DNA from: Spirochaetia bacterium
Lineage (GTDB): Bacteria; Spirochaetota; Spirochaetia; SZUA-6; Bin103
DNA length: 64,000 nucleotides
Direction: 5' to 3'
Assembly: GCA_965199955.1 (NCBI GenBank)
Contig: CBDATQ010000002.1
Span: 1,248,001 to 1,312,000, forward strand
The number at the start of each line of letters is the position of its first letter. The first letter of the stretch is position 1. A program made the position numbers and the translations under genes. The notes beneath the pieces are model-generated. The model was not told the DNA's origin, ran no database searches, and was given only the letters and a program-made list of their open reading frames with translations. This document shows, one piece after another, positions 53,412 through 62,927 of the stretch.

Positions 53412-54722
53412 TCAACCTTCGAGGGGCAGCAGCAGCGGCTCCTCCAGGGCGTCGATGATCCAGCGCAGGACGCGCATCCCGTCCGTGCCGTCGATCACAC
53501 GGCAGTCGTACGTCAGGGCGAGCGGCAGCCGCAGTCGGTGCACGACCACGCCGGAGCTCTCGTCCAGCACCGGCTCACGCTGCGCCGGCGACACGCCCAG
53601 AATGGCCGGTTCCGGCGCGTTGACCGGCGGCGTGAAGTGACCCATGCCGGCTCCTGCGGTGCCGCCGGGCTGGTAGATCGAGATGCAGCCTCCCTGCGTC
53701 TCGGCAGGTTCCAGCGTGCCGGAATGCGCGCGTGCTGCTAGGTCAGCGATCTCGACCGAGAGCTGCAGCATATTCTTGCGGTCGGCGTCGCGGACCACCG
53801 GAAAGGCCGCTCCGTGCTCGCCGTCCACGGCGATGCCGACGTGGGAGCAACGCCGGCGCACCAGCCGTCCGCCAGCCAGGTCGATGCTGGCGTTGCAGCG
53901 TGGGAACACCTTGAGCGCGGAGGCGGCCACCTTTGCCAGCATGGCCGCCACGGTCAGCGTGCCGCCGGCCTCCTGCGCGCGGGAAGCGTAGCGCTCGCGC
54001 AGCGCCTCCAGGCGGGTGACGTCGGCCGTTCCGAGTTGCGTGGCCATCGGCACGGTCTGTGCGACGGTGTTCAGGCGCTCGGCCGCCAGCCGCCGCGCGG
54101 CGGTCAGCGGCACCACCTCTACCGGACCCCACGCGCTCAGGTCGGGCAGCGCGGCAGCCGCTACCGGCGCCACGCCATCGGCGCCCCGGCGTGCCGCGAG
54201 CGCGCGCACATCGCGCTCGCGGATGCGGCCTCCCTTGCCGGATCCGGATGCCAGCCGCCAGTCGACGCCCAGCTCGCCCGCGACCCGTCTGGCCCGGGGG
54301 CTCGAGGCAGGCCGCCCGTCCGTCCGTGCACCGCGGGACACGGCCACCACCACCGCGTCAGCGGCGGCGGGCGGCTCATCTGCCGGCGGCGCCGCTCCGG
54401 AATCCGTTTCCGGTTTCGGCGCCGAAACGGGGCTCGCGTTGCTGGGAGGATCGGAGGGAGCCTCGGGGACCTCCTCGCCCTCGGCGAGCAGCCAGCCGAT
54501 CACGGTCCCGACGGTCAGCTCCACGCCGGGCTCGGCCACCTCCGGGCGGATGTGCAGGACGCCGGCGTCCAGGGATTCCACCTCCTCGGTGGCCTTTTCC
54601 CCCTCGATCGTGAAGACGGGCTCGCCCACGGAGACGGCATCGCCGTCCTGTTTCAGCCACTGTCCGAAGGCGCCCGACTCCATCGACCAGCCGAGCCGCG
54701 GGATCATCACCTCGACCGCCAT
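53412..54722 (-). CDS. 2-oxoacid dehydrogenase E2-like protein with atypical catalytic motif
   Basis: Lipoyl domain (IEGEKATEEV), E3-binding domain (SSPRARR..GSGKGGRI), catalytic domain with TYDCRVIDG. Confidence 0.9.
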   Translation of the reverse strand: MAVEVMIPRLGWSMESGAFGQWLKQDGDAVSVGEPVFTIEGEKATEEVESLDAGVLHIRPEVAEPGVELTVGTVIGWLLAEGEEVPEAPSDPPSNASPVSAPKPETDSGAAPPADEPPAAADAVVVAVSRGARTDGRPASSPRARRVAGELGVDWRLASGSGKGGRIRERDVRALAARRGADGVAPVAAAALPDLSAWGPVEVVPLTAARRLAAERLNTVAQTVPMATQLGTADVTRLEALRERYASRAQEAGGTLTVAAMLAKVAASALKVFPRCNASIDLAGGRLVRRRCSHVGIAVDGEHGAAFPVVRDADRKNMLQLSVEIADLAARAHSGTLEPAETQGGCISIYQPGGTAGAGMGHFTPPVNAPEPAILGVSPAQREPVLDESSGVVVHRLRLPLALTYDCRVIDGTDGMRVLRWIIDALEEPLLLPLEG

Positions 54723-54732
54723 CCGCTTCCTC

Positions 54733-55710
54733 TTACTCGTCCCGCAGGTCCAGGACCGCCTGCACGACGGCGTCCGTGTCGATGAGGAGCTCGTTCTCCA
54801 GGACCGGGCTGTAGGGCGCCGGCGCGAAGCCGCAGTGCAGGCGCCGGATCGGAGCGTCCAGGTCGTCGAAGGACTCGTCGGCGACGCGGGCGGCGATGTC
54901 GGCGCCCACGCTGCACGGCGCGTAGTCCTCCTCCACGACCAGCAGCCGGCCGGTCTTGTGCACGGACTCCCTGATGGTCGCAAGGTCCAGCGGCGCCACG
55001 GTGCGCGGGTCGACCACCTCCACCGAGACGCCCTGCCGCTCCAGGAGCGCGGCGGCCTCCACGCACCTGTGGACCATCGCGGCGATGGCGACGATGGTGA
55101 TCTCGCTTCCCGCCCGGACGACCTCGGCCTGGCCGAACGGGATGGCGTACTCGCCGTCGGGCACCTCCTCCTTCAGCACCAGCAACGCGCGGTGCTCCAG
55201 GAACACGACCGGATCGTGCGAGCGGAGGGCGGTGGTCAGCAGGCCCTTCGCGGTGCGTGGACCCGAGGGCAGGGCGACGTGGAAGCCCGGCTGATGAACC
55301 AGGAACGAGTAGAAGCTGCCCGAGTGGTGCGACGATCCGGACTTGTAGAGCCCGATGCAGGCGCGGATCACCATCGGCACGCTGATGCGGCCGGAGCTCA
55401 TCCAGCGCATGCGCGACGCCTGGTTGATCAGGTCCCCGAACGCGTCCAGGGCGAAGTCCATGAACATGAAGTCGACCACGGGCCGGGCGCCGGCGATGGC
55501 CGCGCCCACGCACATGGTGGAGAACCCCCGCTCGCAGATCGGCGTGTCGCGCAGCCGCTCGGGGCCGTGCAGGGCGAACAGGCCGGTGGTGGTGCTGAAG
55601 TTGCCGCCGCGCTCGCCGATACCCTCGCCGACCACGAAGATGGTGTCATCCCGCTCCATCTCCCGCGCCAGCGCGGCGCGCGCGGCCTCGACGTAGTTGG
55701 TTTCCGCCAT
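54733..55710 (-). CDS. 2-oxoacid/acetoin dehydrogenase E1 beta subunit
   Basis: RDTPICE, DFMFMDF, DPVVFLEH, VDPRTVAPLD. Confidence 0.93.
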   Translation of the reverse strand: MAETNYVEAARAALAREMERDDTIFVVGEGIGERGGNFSTTTGLFALHGPERLRDTPICERGFSTMCVGAAIAGARPVVDFMFMDFALDAFGDLINQASRMRWMSSGRISVPMVIRACIGLYKSGSSHHSGSFYSFLVHQPGFHVALPSGPRTAKGLLTTALRSHDPVVFLEHRALLVLKEEVPDGEYAIPFGQAEVVRAGSEITIVAIAAMVHRCVEAAALLERQGVSVEVVDPRTVAPLDLATIRESVHKTGRLLVVEEDYAPCSVGADIAARVADESFDDLDAPIRRLHCGFAPAPYSPVLENELLIDTDAVVQAVLDLRDE

Positions 55711-55719
55711 GTTCGGTTC

Positions 55720-56742
55720 CTACCGCGCGACGACCGGGCCGCCGACAACATGGTCGAGCACGGTCCCCGGATCGGGTTCGCCGGAGGCGAGGGCCGCCTG
55801 GTTTGCCGACTCGACCGCCGCGGCGATCTCGGCCTCGATGGCGTCCAGCTCCTCCGCGGAGGCAGTCCGATCGTCGGTCAGGCAGGTCCGCAGCGCCAGG
55901 ATCGGGTCGCTTGCCTTCCACTCCTCGACCTCTTCCCGGGTCCGGTAACCGGAGTCGCGCATCCCCTCGGCGTGGACCCGCTGCCGGTAGGTCCGGCACT
56001 CCAGCAGGGTGGGCCCGCCGCCGGCCCGTGCCCGCGCGATCGCCCGCGCGGCTTCGCGATGGACCTCTCGCACGTCGTTGCCGTCCACCACGGCGTGCGG
56101 CAGCGCGTAGGCGTCCGCCTTCCTGGCGACGCTCTGCTCCCTGGTCACGGTCGCGAACGGCACCTCGGTGGCGTACAGGTTGTTCTCGCACACGAACAGC
56201 ACGGGCAGCTCCCAGACCGTCGCCATGTTGCACCCCTCGTGGAACGCGCCGTTGTTGACCGCGCCGTCGCCGAAGTAGGCCACGCTCACCCGGTCGCTGC
56301 CGGTCAGCTTGAAGGTGTAGGCGGCGCCGGCGGCCAGCAGGATGCTCGGACCGACGATGCCGCTGGTGCCCATCAGCCCGATCTCGGGCTTGAACAGGTG
56401 CATGCTCCCGCCCCGGCCGCCGGAGGCGCCGCCGGCCAGGCCGTACAGCTCCGCGAACAGTTCGACCGGGGCCAGCCCCTTGGCCAGCGCGTGGCCGTGG
56501 CCGCGGTGGGTGCCGAACACCAGGTCGTCTTCGCCCAGGTCGACGCTGACGCCGGCGGCGACCGCCTCCTCGCCGATGTAGGTGTGGCAGCCGCCGTAGA
56601 TCAGGCCGGCCTGGAACGACCGGACCAGCCGCTCCTCGCACTTCCTGATCGTGACCATGGTCCGGTAGCAGCCGAGCAGCAGCTCCCGGTCCGGCTTCCC
56701 GCCCGCCGCGCGCTTCGTCTTCGTCGCCGACTGTGCCTTCAC
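55720..56742 (-). CDS. 2-oxoacid/acetoin dehydrogenase E1 alpha subunit
   Basis: HTYIGEEA, THRGHGH, GRGGSMH, FGDGA..CENN (TPP motif). Confidence 0.93.
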   Translation of the reverse strand: MKAQSATKTKRAAGGKPDRELLLGCYRTMVTIRKCEERLVRSFQAGLIYGGCHTYIGEEAVAAGVSVDLGEDDLVFGTHRGHGHALAKGLAPVELFAELYGLAGGASGGRGGSMHLFKPEIGLMGTSGIVGPSILLAAGAAYTFKLTGSDRVSVAYFGDGAVNNGAFHEGCNMATVWELPVLFVCENNLYATEVPFATVTREQSVARKADAYALPHAVVDGNDVREVHREAARAIARARAGGGPTLLECRTYRQRVHAEGMRDSGYRTREEVEEWKASDPILALRTCLTDDRTASAEELDAIEAEIAAAVESANQAALASGEPDPGTVLDHVVGGPVVAR

Positions 56743-56885
56743 GACCGCTCCACCTCGCGTCGCCCGAGTGTACTCGATGAGCGAACGCGTTGACCGACAG
56801 GCCGCAATAGCGCAGTGCCTCCGCCGCGGGCTGTTTGGAAGGCGGGAGAGCGACGTTGGCGCGCTATCGAAAAGTAGGAATTGCT

Positions 56886-56900
56886 GGTAAGATTCTTACC
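56886..56900. promoter_or_regulatory. Palindromic operator of vapBC
   Basis: GGTAAGA-T-TCTTACC directly abutting the antitoxin ATG. Confidence 0.65.
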
Positions 56901-57155
56901 ATGCGCATCACCAGCAAAGGACAGGTGACGATTCCCAAGGAATTGCGGGAACGCTGCCGGCTGTACCCCCATACCGAGGTGGAGTTCCAGCTTGACGGCG
57001 AGGGTGTGCGAATCATTCCCGCGCACTCGTTTCCGGGTCGGGGGCAGGCACTCGTCGATCACCTGCGCCGCCATCGGCCGCCCGGCGGACTCTCGACCGG
57101 CGAGATCATGGCACTGACACGCGGCGATACGGATCGAGCCGATGATCCTGGTTGA
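56901..57155 (+). CDS. vapB: AbrB/MazE/SpoVT-family antitoxin
   Basis: MRITSKGQVTIPKELR..EIMALTRG. Confidence 0.9.
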   Translation: MRITSKGQVTIPKELRERCRLYPHTEVEFQLDGEGVRIIPAHSFPGRGQALVDHLRRHRPPGGLSTGEIMALTRGDTDRADDPG

Positions 57156-57540
57156 CAGCAACGTCCTTATCGACGTGTTGACGGACGACCCGTTCTGGGA
57201 GGCGTGGTCGTCCGAGCAGCTGACACGGCTCGGCAACACCCGGCAGCTGGCCATAAACCCCCTGATCTTCGCCGAGATCGCAATGGCGTACACGGACCAG
57301 GGTCAACTTGAAGCGGCCCTGCCAGGTAGCTTGGTGCGCCTGCCGTTGCCGTACAACGCCGCGTTCATGGCCGGACGCGCCTTCATCGAGTATCGCCGCC
57401 GCGGCGGGACACGCAGGTCGCCGCTTCCCGACTTCTACATCGGCGCCCATGCGGCCGCAGAGGGCCATACGATAGTTACCCGCGACGCTGCGCGCTATCG
57501 CACCTACTTTCCGGACGTGACGGTCATCGCTCCCCCCTGA
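57142..57540 (+). CDS. vapC: PIN-domain VapC toxin
   Basis: ILVDSNVLID, FAE, LPDFYIGAHA, TRDAARY. Confidence 0.92.
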   Translation: MILVDSNVLIDVLTDDPFWEAWSSEQLTRLGNTRQLAINPLIFAEIAMAYTDQGQLEAALPGSLVRLPLPYNAAFMAGRAFIEYRRRGGTRRSPLPDFYIGAHAAAEGHTIVTRDAARYRTYFPDVTVIAPP

Positions 57541-57611
57541 ACACGGATGGACGAAGCCGTTGCGGTTGACGGGTGCTGTCGAATCCAGTAGACGCAGGCG
57601 GCAGGCGATCC

Positions 57612-57815
57612 ATGCAGAAGGCCGTCATCACCGATCACTCGTTCGAGACGCCTGACGTCGCGATGTCCATCCTCGAGCCGCTCGGGTGCTCGTCGATCTG
57701 GTGCGCGACGCGGACTACGTCATCACTCAGTTCGCGCCGATGAACGCGGCAGTGATCGGACGTATGCAAAGTGTGAGATCATCGTGCGTTACGGCATCGG
57801 CGTGGACAGCGTCGC
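57612..57815 (+). pseudogene. N-terminal fragment of a D-2-hydroxyacid dehydrogenase (CtBP/PGDH-like)
   Basis: Across three frames: MQKAVITDHSFETPD..ILEPLGC / LVRDADYVITQFAPMNAAVI / IIVRYGIGVDSV. Confidence 0.7.
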
Positions 57816-57867
57816 ACGAGCGTCGCCAACACTGTGGCGGCCGCGATCAGTGAGAGGAGATCTGAAC

Positions 57868-58683
57868 ATGGCTGGCAATCTGTTCGACCTGACCGATCGC
57901 GTCGCCGTGGTGTCCGGGGCGGCCCGCGGGATGGGCCGCGCGATGTCGGTCGGGTTCGCCGAGTACGGGGCCGATCTGCTGCTCGCTGACATCGACACGC
58001 AGGGGATGGAGGACACGGCCGCGACGATCAGGGCGCTGGGCCGGAGGGCCGTTCCGGTGGTGTGCGACGTCTCGGACCCGGAGCAGATCGACGCGCTCTA
58101 CGCCACGCTGGACCGGGAGTTCGGCCGCATCGACGTCCTGGCCAACGTGGCCGGGGAGGGCGGCCACGGCGACCCCGCGGAGCTCACCCCCGCGGAGATT
58201 CAGGAGTCCCTGCAGAATCTCCTGATCGGGCGCTTCCACTGCACCCAGCAGGCCGGCCGGCGCATGATCGCTGCCGGCAGGGGCAGCATCATCAATATCG
58301 TCTCCATCGCCGGCCTCACCGCGCTCGGCCGGCACCACATCCCCTACAGCATGGCGATGGGCGCCGTGGCGCAGATGACGCGCGAGCTGAGCTCGGAGTG
58401 GGCGCCCTTGGGGGTGCGCGTGAACGCCATCGTCTGCGCGCAGGTGGAGAACCAGGGCCTGCGGGACCGGATGGAAGCCGACCCCGTCCTGCGCAGCAAC
58501 TTCCTGCGCGGCCTGCCCATCGGCCGGTTGGGTCAACCGGCGGAGATCAGGGGCCTGGCGATCCTGCTCGCCTCCGACGCGTCGTCGTTCATGACCGGCG
58601 CACTTGTCCCTCTGGACGGAGGCAACCTCGCCAAGAACGCGGGCGGCTCGCACCCCGGCATGCCGCCGCTCGGGCCGTCGTGA
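57868..58683 (+). CDS. Short-chain dehydrogenase/reductase
   Basis: SGAARGMG, DVS, NVAG, IINIVSI, YSMAM, VRVNAI; RBS gaggag. Confidence 0.9.
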   Translation: MAGNLFDLTDRVAVVSGAARGMGRAMSVGFAEYGADLLLADIDTQGMEDTAATIRALGRRAVPVVCDVSDPEQIDALYATLDREFGRIDVLANVAGEGGHGDPAELTPAEIQESLQNLLIGRFHCTQQAGRRMIAAGRGSIINIVSIAGLTALGRHHIPYSMAMGAVAQMTRELSSEWAPLGVRVNAIVCAQVENQGLRDRMEADPVLRSNFLRGLPIGRLGQPAEIRGLAILLASDASSFMTGALVPLDGGNLAKNAGGSHPGMPPLGPS

Positions 58684-58831
58684 GTGGTTGTCAGGAGCAA
58701 CAAGAGGACGACGCCCAGACTCGATGCGGCGTTTCTACGCAGCGACTGGTGCATAACTCTACCCTCCAGTCAAGGACCCTGCCGCCGAGGTCCGGTGCTG
58801 TCCAATGGGGGAAGCAACAATCTCCGTGGAC

Positions 58832-59665
58832 TCAGCCGCGCACGGCGACGAAGAACAGGCGGAGGAACGGGTAGAGAGTGGTGCCGTCGGGGCGCGGGGG
58901 GTAAGCGCTCCTGAGTCGCTCGCGGTACCGGTCGAGGAAGATTACCCGGTCCGCATCGCCGAGGCCGGCCAGGATCGGGCGCAGGCTGGTGGCGGTGACC
59001 CACTCCAGCACGGCGTCCGTGCCGGTGAGGGCGTGCAGGTACTCGGTGGTCCAGACGTCGAGGTGAGTGGCGTCCGCGGCCAGCAGGTCGTAGTAGAAGT
59101 CGGGATCGCTCAGCCCGCGGCTCTCCGTGGCCTGCCGCAGCCGCGTGCCGCCAAGCGGTTCGCCCCGCGCCCCGCCGCCGGCAAGGGTCTCGCGCATGAG
59201 GCGGTGCGAGGGCAGGTCCCAGCTCATCGGCGCCTGGACGGCCAGGCAGCCACCCGGCGGCAGCAGCGACCAGAGGCGACCGATCAGCGACCGATGGTCG
59301 GGCAGCCAGTGAATGACCGCGTTGGAGAAGAGCAGCGACGGAGCCTCCTCCGGCTTCCAGTCCGCCAGGTCGCCGTGTTGCCAGCGCACGCGCGCCGGAG
59401 TGGCGCGCGCCTGCTTCAGCATCTGTGGCGAGTGGTCGATCCCGACGACGGCGGCGGCCGGCCAGCGGTCGGCAAGCATGCGGGTGACGTTGCCGGTGCC
59501 GCATCCGAGGTCGTAGATCCGCAGCGGGTCGGTCAGAGGGATCCTCGCCATGAGGTCCACGGCGGGCCGTAGGCGGTGATCGGCGAACTTCAGGTACTGA
59601 CCGGGATCCCACGACGCTCCGGCGATTTCGCGGGCGTGGGGCGTGTGCGGCTGGTCGGAGCGCAC
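58832..59665 (-). CDS. tam: Trans-aconitate 2-methyltransferase-like
   Basis: WDPGQYLKFADHRLRP, DLGCGTGN, FSNAVIHW, YPFLRLF. Confidence 0.88.
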   Translation of the reverse strand: MRSDQPHTPHAREIAGASWDPGQYLKFADHRLRPAVDLMARIPLTDPLRIYDLGCGTGNVTRMLADRWPAAAVVGIDHSPQMLKQARATPARVRWQHGDLADWKPEEAPSLLFSNAVIHWLPDHRSLIGRLWSLLPPGGCLAVQAPMSWDLPSHRLMRETLAGGGARGEPLGGTRLRQATESRGLSDPDFYYDLLAADATHLDVWTTEYLHALTGTDAVLEWVTATSLRPILAGLGDADRVIFLDRYRERLRSAYPPRPDGTTLYPFLRLFFVAVRG

Positions 59666-59669
59666 GTGC

Positions 59670-60668
59670 TCAGCTCCAGTCGAACAGGATGCTCATCCAG
59701 CCCGCGGTCCCCTCCAGCACCTGCCGGTAGAGGCGTGGCGCCTGTTCCGGCCGGGCGACGTGACTGATGAGGGGATCCACCACCAGCGCCCCCTGCGCGA
59801 TAAGGCGCATGATTGCGCGGCGGTTGCGGCGCCGGGTCCAGGGGAACTTCGGATGGGCGGTGTCCTCCAGCCCGCGCCCGTAGACGCCGCGGATGTCCAG
59901 CTCGCGGCGCAGCAGCTCGGTCTGCAGGCCAATCTCGACCGTGCCCGGCGGGCTGCCGACCAGGATGACCTTGCCGCGGTCGCCCGCGGCCTGCATGGCC
60001 GGGACCAGCACGCCCGGATCGCGGGCCGCGTGGAAGACGCACTGCGCGCCGCCGCCGGTCAGGTCGCGGATCGCCGCGACCGGATCGTCCGCGGACGCGT
60101 CGACGGTGTGCGTGGCGCCGCTGCCGCGCGCCAGCTCCAGCCGCCGCGTGTCGAGATCGACGGCGATGATGGGGTGGGCGCCCGAGATTCGGCACAGCGC
60201 GGTGGTGAGCTGGCCGACCACGCCCTGGCCGAATACGGCGACCGATTCGTCGATCTGCAGCTCGGCGCGGCGGATGCCGAGCAGCGCCACGTCGCCCAGC
60301 ACGGCGAAGGTGGCCTGCTCGTCGCTGAGCTCCGCCGCGTCGTGCTCGATGGGCTGCAGCGACGAGCGCAGCTCGGACAGCCCCGCCTGACCGGTGAGCC
60401 AGTGGCTGCCGTGGTTGCCGAACGCCAGCACGCGGTCGTGCACGCGGCACTCATCCACCCCGCGGCCGCAAGCCAGGACGGTGCCGGCCAGGGTGTAGCC
60501 GAGGGGCCGGCGCTCGCCGGTCGCCGCGAGCAGGCCGTTCTTCTCGGAGCCGGCGCTCACCTGGCTCCGCGCGACGCGGACCAGCACCTGGCCGGGGCCC
60601 GGCTCCGGGACCTCGAACGATTCGATCTCGACCTGGCTGTCGACGGCCACCAGGCGGCGTCCTTCCAT
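59670..60668 (-). CDS. MDR-family (zinc-binding-type) alcohol dehydrogenase
   Basis: VSAGSE, PLGY, VFGQGVVG, IIAVD. Confidence 0.82.
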   Translation of the reverse strand: MEGRRLVAVDSQVEIESFEVPEPGPGQVLVRVARSQVSAGSEKNGLLAATGERRPLGYTLAGTVLACGRGVDECRVHDRVLAFGNHGSHWLTGQAGLSELRSSLQPIEHDAAELSDEQATFAVLGDVALLGIRRAELQIDESVAVFGQGVVGQLTTALCRISGAHPIIAVDLDTRRLELARGSGATHTVDASADDPVAAIRDLTGGGAQCVFHAARDPGVLVPAMQAAGDRGKVILVGSPPGTVEIGLQTELLRRELDIRGVYGRGLEDTAHPKFPWTRRRNRRAIMRLIAQGALVVDPLISHVARPEQAPRLYRQVLEGTAGWMSILFDWS

Positions 60669-60742
60669 CGGGCGACTACTGGACTAACAGGCGGTTGGGC
60701 TGGTACCAGCGCACCTGCGCCAGCAGCGTCTGATCGAGTCGA

Positions 60743-61773
60743 TCACGCCGGCCTCGCGCGGGGGCGGATGACGTTGAGCAGCGGCTCGCCCGCTGCGAAG
60801 CGGCGCACGTTCTCGGCCACCATGTTGGCGATCTCGTCTTGAAAGAACGGCGATTCCGGCGAGCAGTGCGGAGACAGCAGCAGGTTCGGAGCGTAGCGCA
60901 GTGGGTCGTCGGCCGGCAGCGGTTCCGTCCGGAACACGTCGAGCGCGGCGCCGCCGATGCGTCCGGCGGCCAGCGAGGCGGCCAGTGCCTCCTGGTCCAC
61001 CAGGCCGCCGCGCGCCATGTTGACCAGCACCGCCCGCGGCTTGCAGCGCCGCAGGAACGCATCGTCGACCAGCCGCTCGGTCTGTCCGTCGAGCCGCAGC
61101 GCCAGCACGATGAAATCCAGGTCGCCGAGCGCGCCGGGGAGCTCCTTCCAAGTGATCCAGCGGTCCGGCAACTCGCCGTGCGGGTCTCCGGTGCCCGGCG
61201 TCCGGTAGGTGAGCTGCTGCCGCCGGCCTCCGCGGCCGAGCGTGGCCACGACCCGCATGCCGAGCATGTGGCAGAGGCGCCCCATCTGCCGGCCGATCGC
61301 CCGTAGCCCAGGATGCCGACCGTCCTGCCGTGCAGCACGGACGCCGACATCTCCGCCGCGCGGTCGCGGTGCCAGGTGCGGGCCTCTTCGTGCGCCAGAA
61401 TGCGGCGGAATCGATGCCCGAAGAACAGCATCGCGGCCAGCGTCCACTCGGCAATCGGCACCGCGGCCGGGCCGCTGCCGTGACAGACCTCCACGTCAGG
61501 GGAGGACACCAGCGCGTCCGGCAGGTCCTCGTGCCCGGCGTTGAGGGTCTGCACCCAGCGCAGGCGCGGCGTGCGCGCAGGGGCCGGCAGCCAGCCGTTG
61601 CTGATCAGCCCGTCGAGCTCCGGCAGCAGGCCGTCCGGCGGCGCATCCGTGAAGCTGCGCAGCTCGACGCCGGGCGGGATGCCGCCGAGCGCGTCGCGGA
61701 TGCCCGCCTCGCTGATTCGATGACGCGGGTTGAGCAGGGCGATCAGGCGAGGGGAGTGGCGTGGTTGGGACAC
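60743..61773 (-). pseudogene. D-2-hydroxyacid dehydrogenase, frameshifted near 61300
   Basis: ..TVGILGYG | AIGRQMG..LVNMARG, AALDVF..EPL, SPHCS; one G missing from a G run. Confidence 0.85.
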
Positions 61774-61819
61774 GGGCGAGGTTATCCCCTCACCGGCGGC
61801 GTGCTGTAAAGTCGGCGCG

Positions 61820-62926
61820 ATGGCACAGGCTCACGACGCGATCCAGCGGGTCCAGGTGGACGCGCTCGAAGGGGGCGAGATCCTCATCCGCCTGCACACC
61901 GGCGGCGGCGTGACAGGGATCGGCGCCTTCCGCGCCCACCCGAGCGTCGGCGTTGCGGTCGCCCGCGACCTGCTGGCCCCGGACGTGACGGGCATGAGCG
62001 TGCACGCGCCGGCCGTGTTGTGGGACCGGCTGTTCTACCGCCACGGCCGCACCGGCCAGCACATTCAGGCGATCGCCGCCGTCGACATCGCCTGTTGGGA
62101 CGCGCTGGGAAAGACGCTCGGCCGGCCGGTGTACGACCTGTGGGGCGGCGCCGCGCGCACGACGCTGCCGCTCTACTGGAGCCAGGGGCTCGGCAGCCGC
62201 AAGACGCCGCAGGAGATGCTGGCCGACGTGCGGCGTGGCCACGAGATGGGCTTCCGCGCCTACAAGATCCGCATGGACTGGGGGCCGACCGTGCTGGACG
62301 CCGACCCCGCCGCGGACATGGAGCGCTTTCGCGTCTGTCGGGACTTCCTGCCCGACGACTGCACGCTCAGCTTCGACTGCAACTGGGGCTACACCGTCAG
62401 CACCGCCATCCGCCAGGGCGAGCTCCTCCAGGAGCTGGGAGCCTTCCACTACGAGGAGCCGCTGCCGCACGTCAACCTGCCGGGGTACCGGCAGGTGGCC
62501 GACGCCCTGTCGATCCCGGTGTCGTGCGGGGAGCTGGAGGCGACCCGCTGGCGCTTCCGCGACCTGATCCTGCTGGCGGATCCCGACATCCTGCAGCCCG
62601 ACATCCTCAACGCCGGCGGCCCCACCGAGGTGCGGCGCATCTTCGACCTGGCCGCCGCGCACAACAAGCCGGTCATGCCTCACAGCCCCGCGATCGGCAT
62701 CCGATCGTTCGCCAGCCTGCACCTGTTCGCCACGGGCCTCGGCAATACGCTGCCGCACGAGTTCTCGGACGAGGAGCTGGCCGACCGCAACCTGGAGCGC
62801 GCCCAGGAACTCTACAACGAGCCGGTCCTGCCGGTGGACGGCGCCAGCACCCTCAGCGACACCCCCGGCTTCGGCCTGACCCTGAACGACGCGGTGCTGC
62901 AGAAGCGAATCATCAAGGGTGAATGA
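61820..62926 (+). CDS. Mandelate racemase/muconate lactonizing enzyme family
   Basis: AVDIACWD, YKIRMD, FDCN, YEEP, GE, QPD, PH. Confidence 0.9.
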   Translation: MAQAHDAIQRVQVDALEGGEILIRLHTGGGVTGIGAFRAHPSVGVAVARDLLAPDVTGMSVHAPAVLWDRLFYRHGRTGQHIQAIAAVDIACWDALGKTLGRPVYDLWGGAARTTLPLYWSQGLGSRKTPQEMLADVRRGHEMGFRAYKIRMDWGPTVLDADPAADMERFRVCRDFLPDDCTLSFDCNWGYTVSTAIRQGELLQELGAFHYEEPLPHVNLPGYRQVADALSIPVSCGELEATRWRFRDLILLADPDILQPDILNAGGPTEVRRIFDLAAAHNKPVMPHSPAIGIRSFASLHLFATGLGNTLPHEFSDEELADRNLERAQELYNEPVLPVDGASTLSDTPGFGLTLNDAVLQKRIIKGE

Positions 62927-62927
62927 G

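Noticed and set aside
54016..56793. 925-aa plus-strand ORF, and similar long ORFs at 5177-8080, 48484-51102, 29608-31731 and 13350-15407
   Set aside because: Antisense shadows of well-supported genes; expected in high-GC DNA and without recognisable motifs
58684..58770. Minus-strand RBS plus signal-peptide-like start (MHQSLRRNAASSLGVVLLLLL)
   Set aside because: Runs straight into the antisense of the SDR; too short to support as a gene
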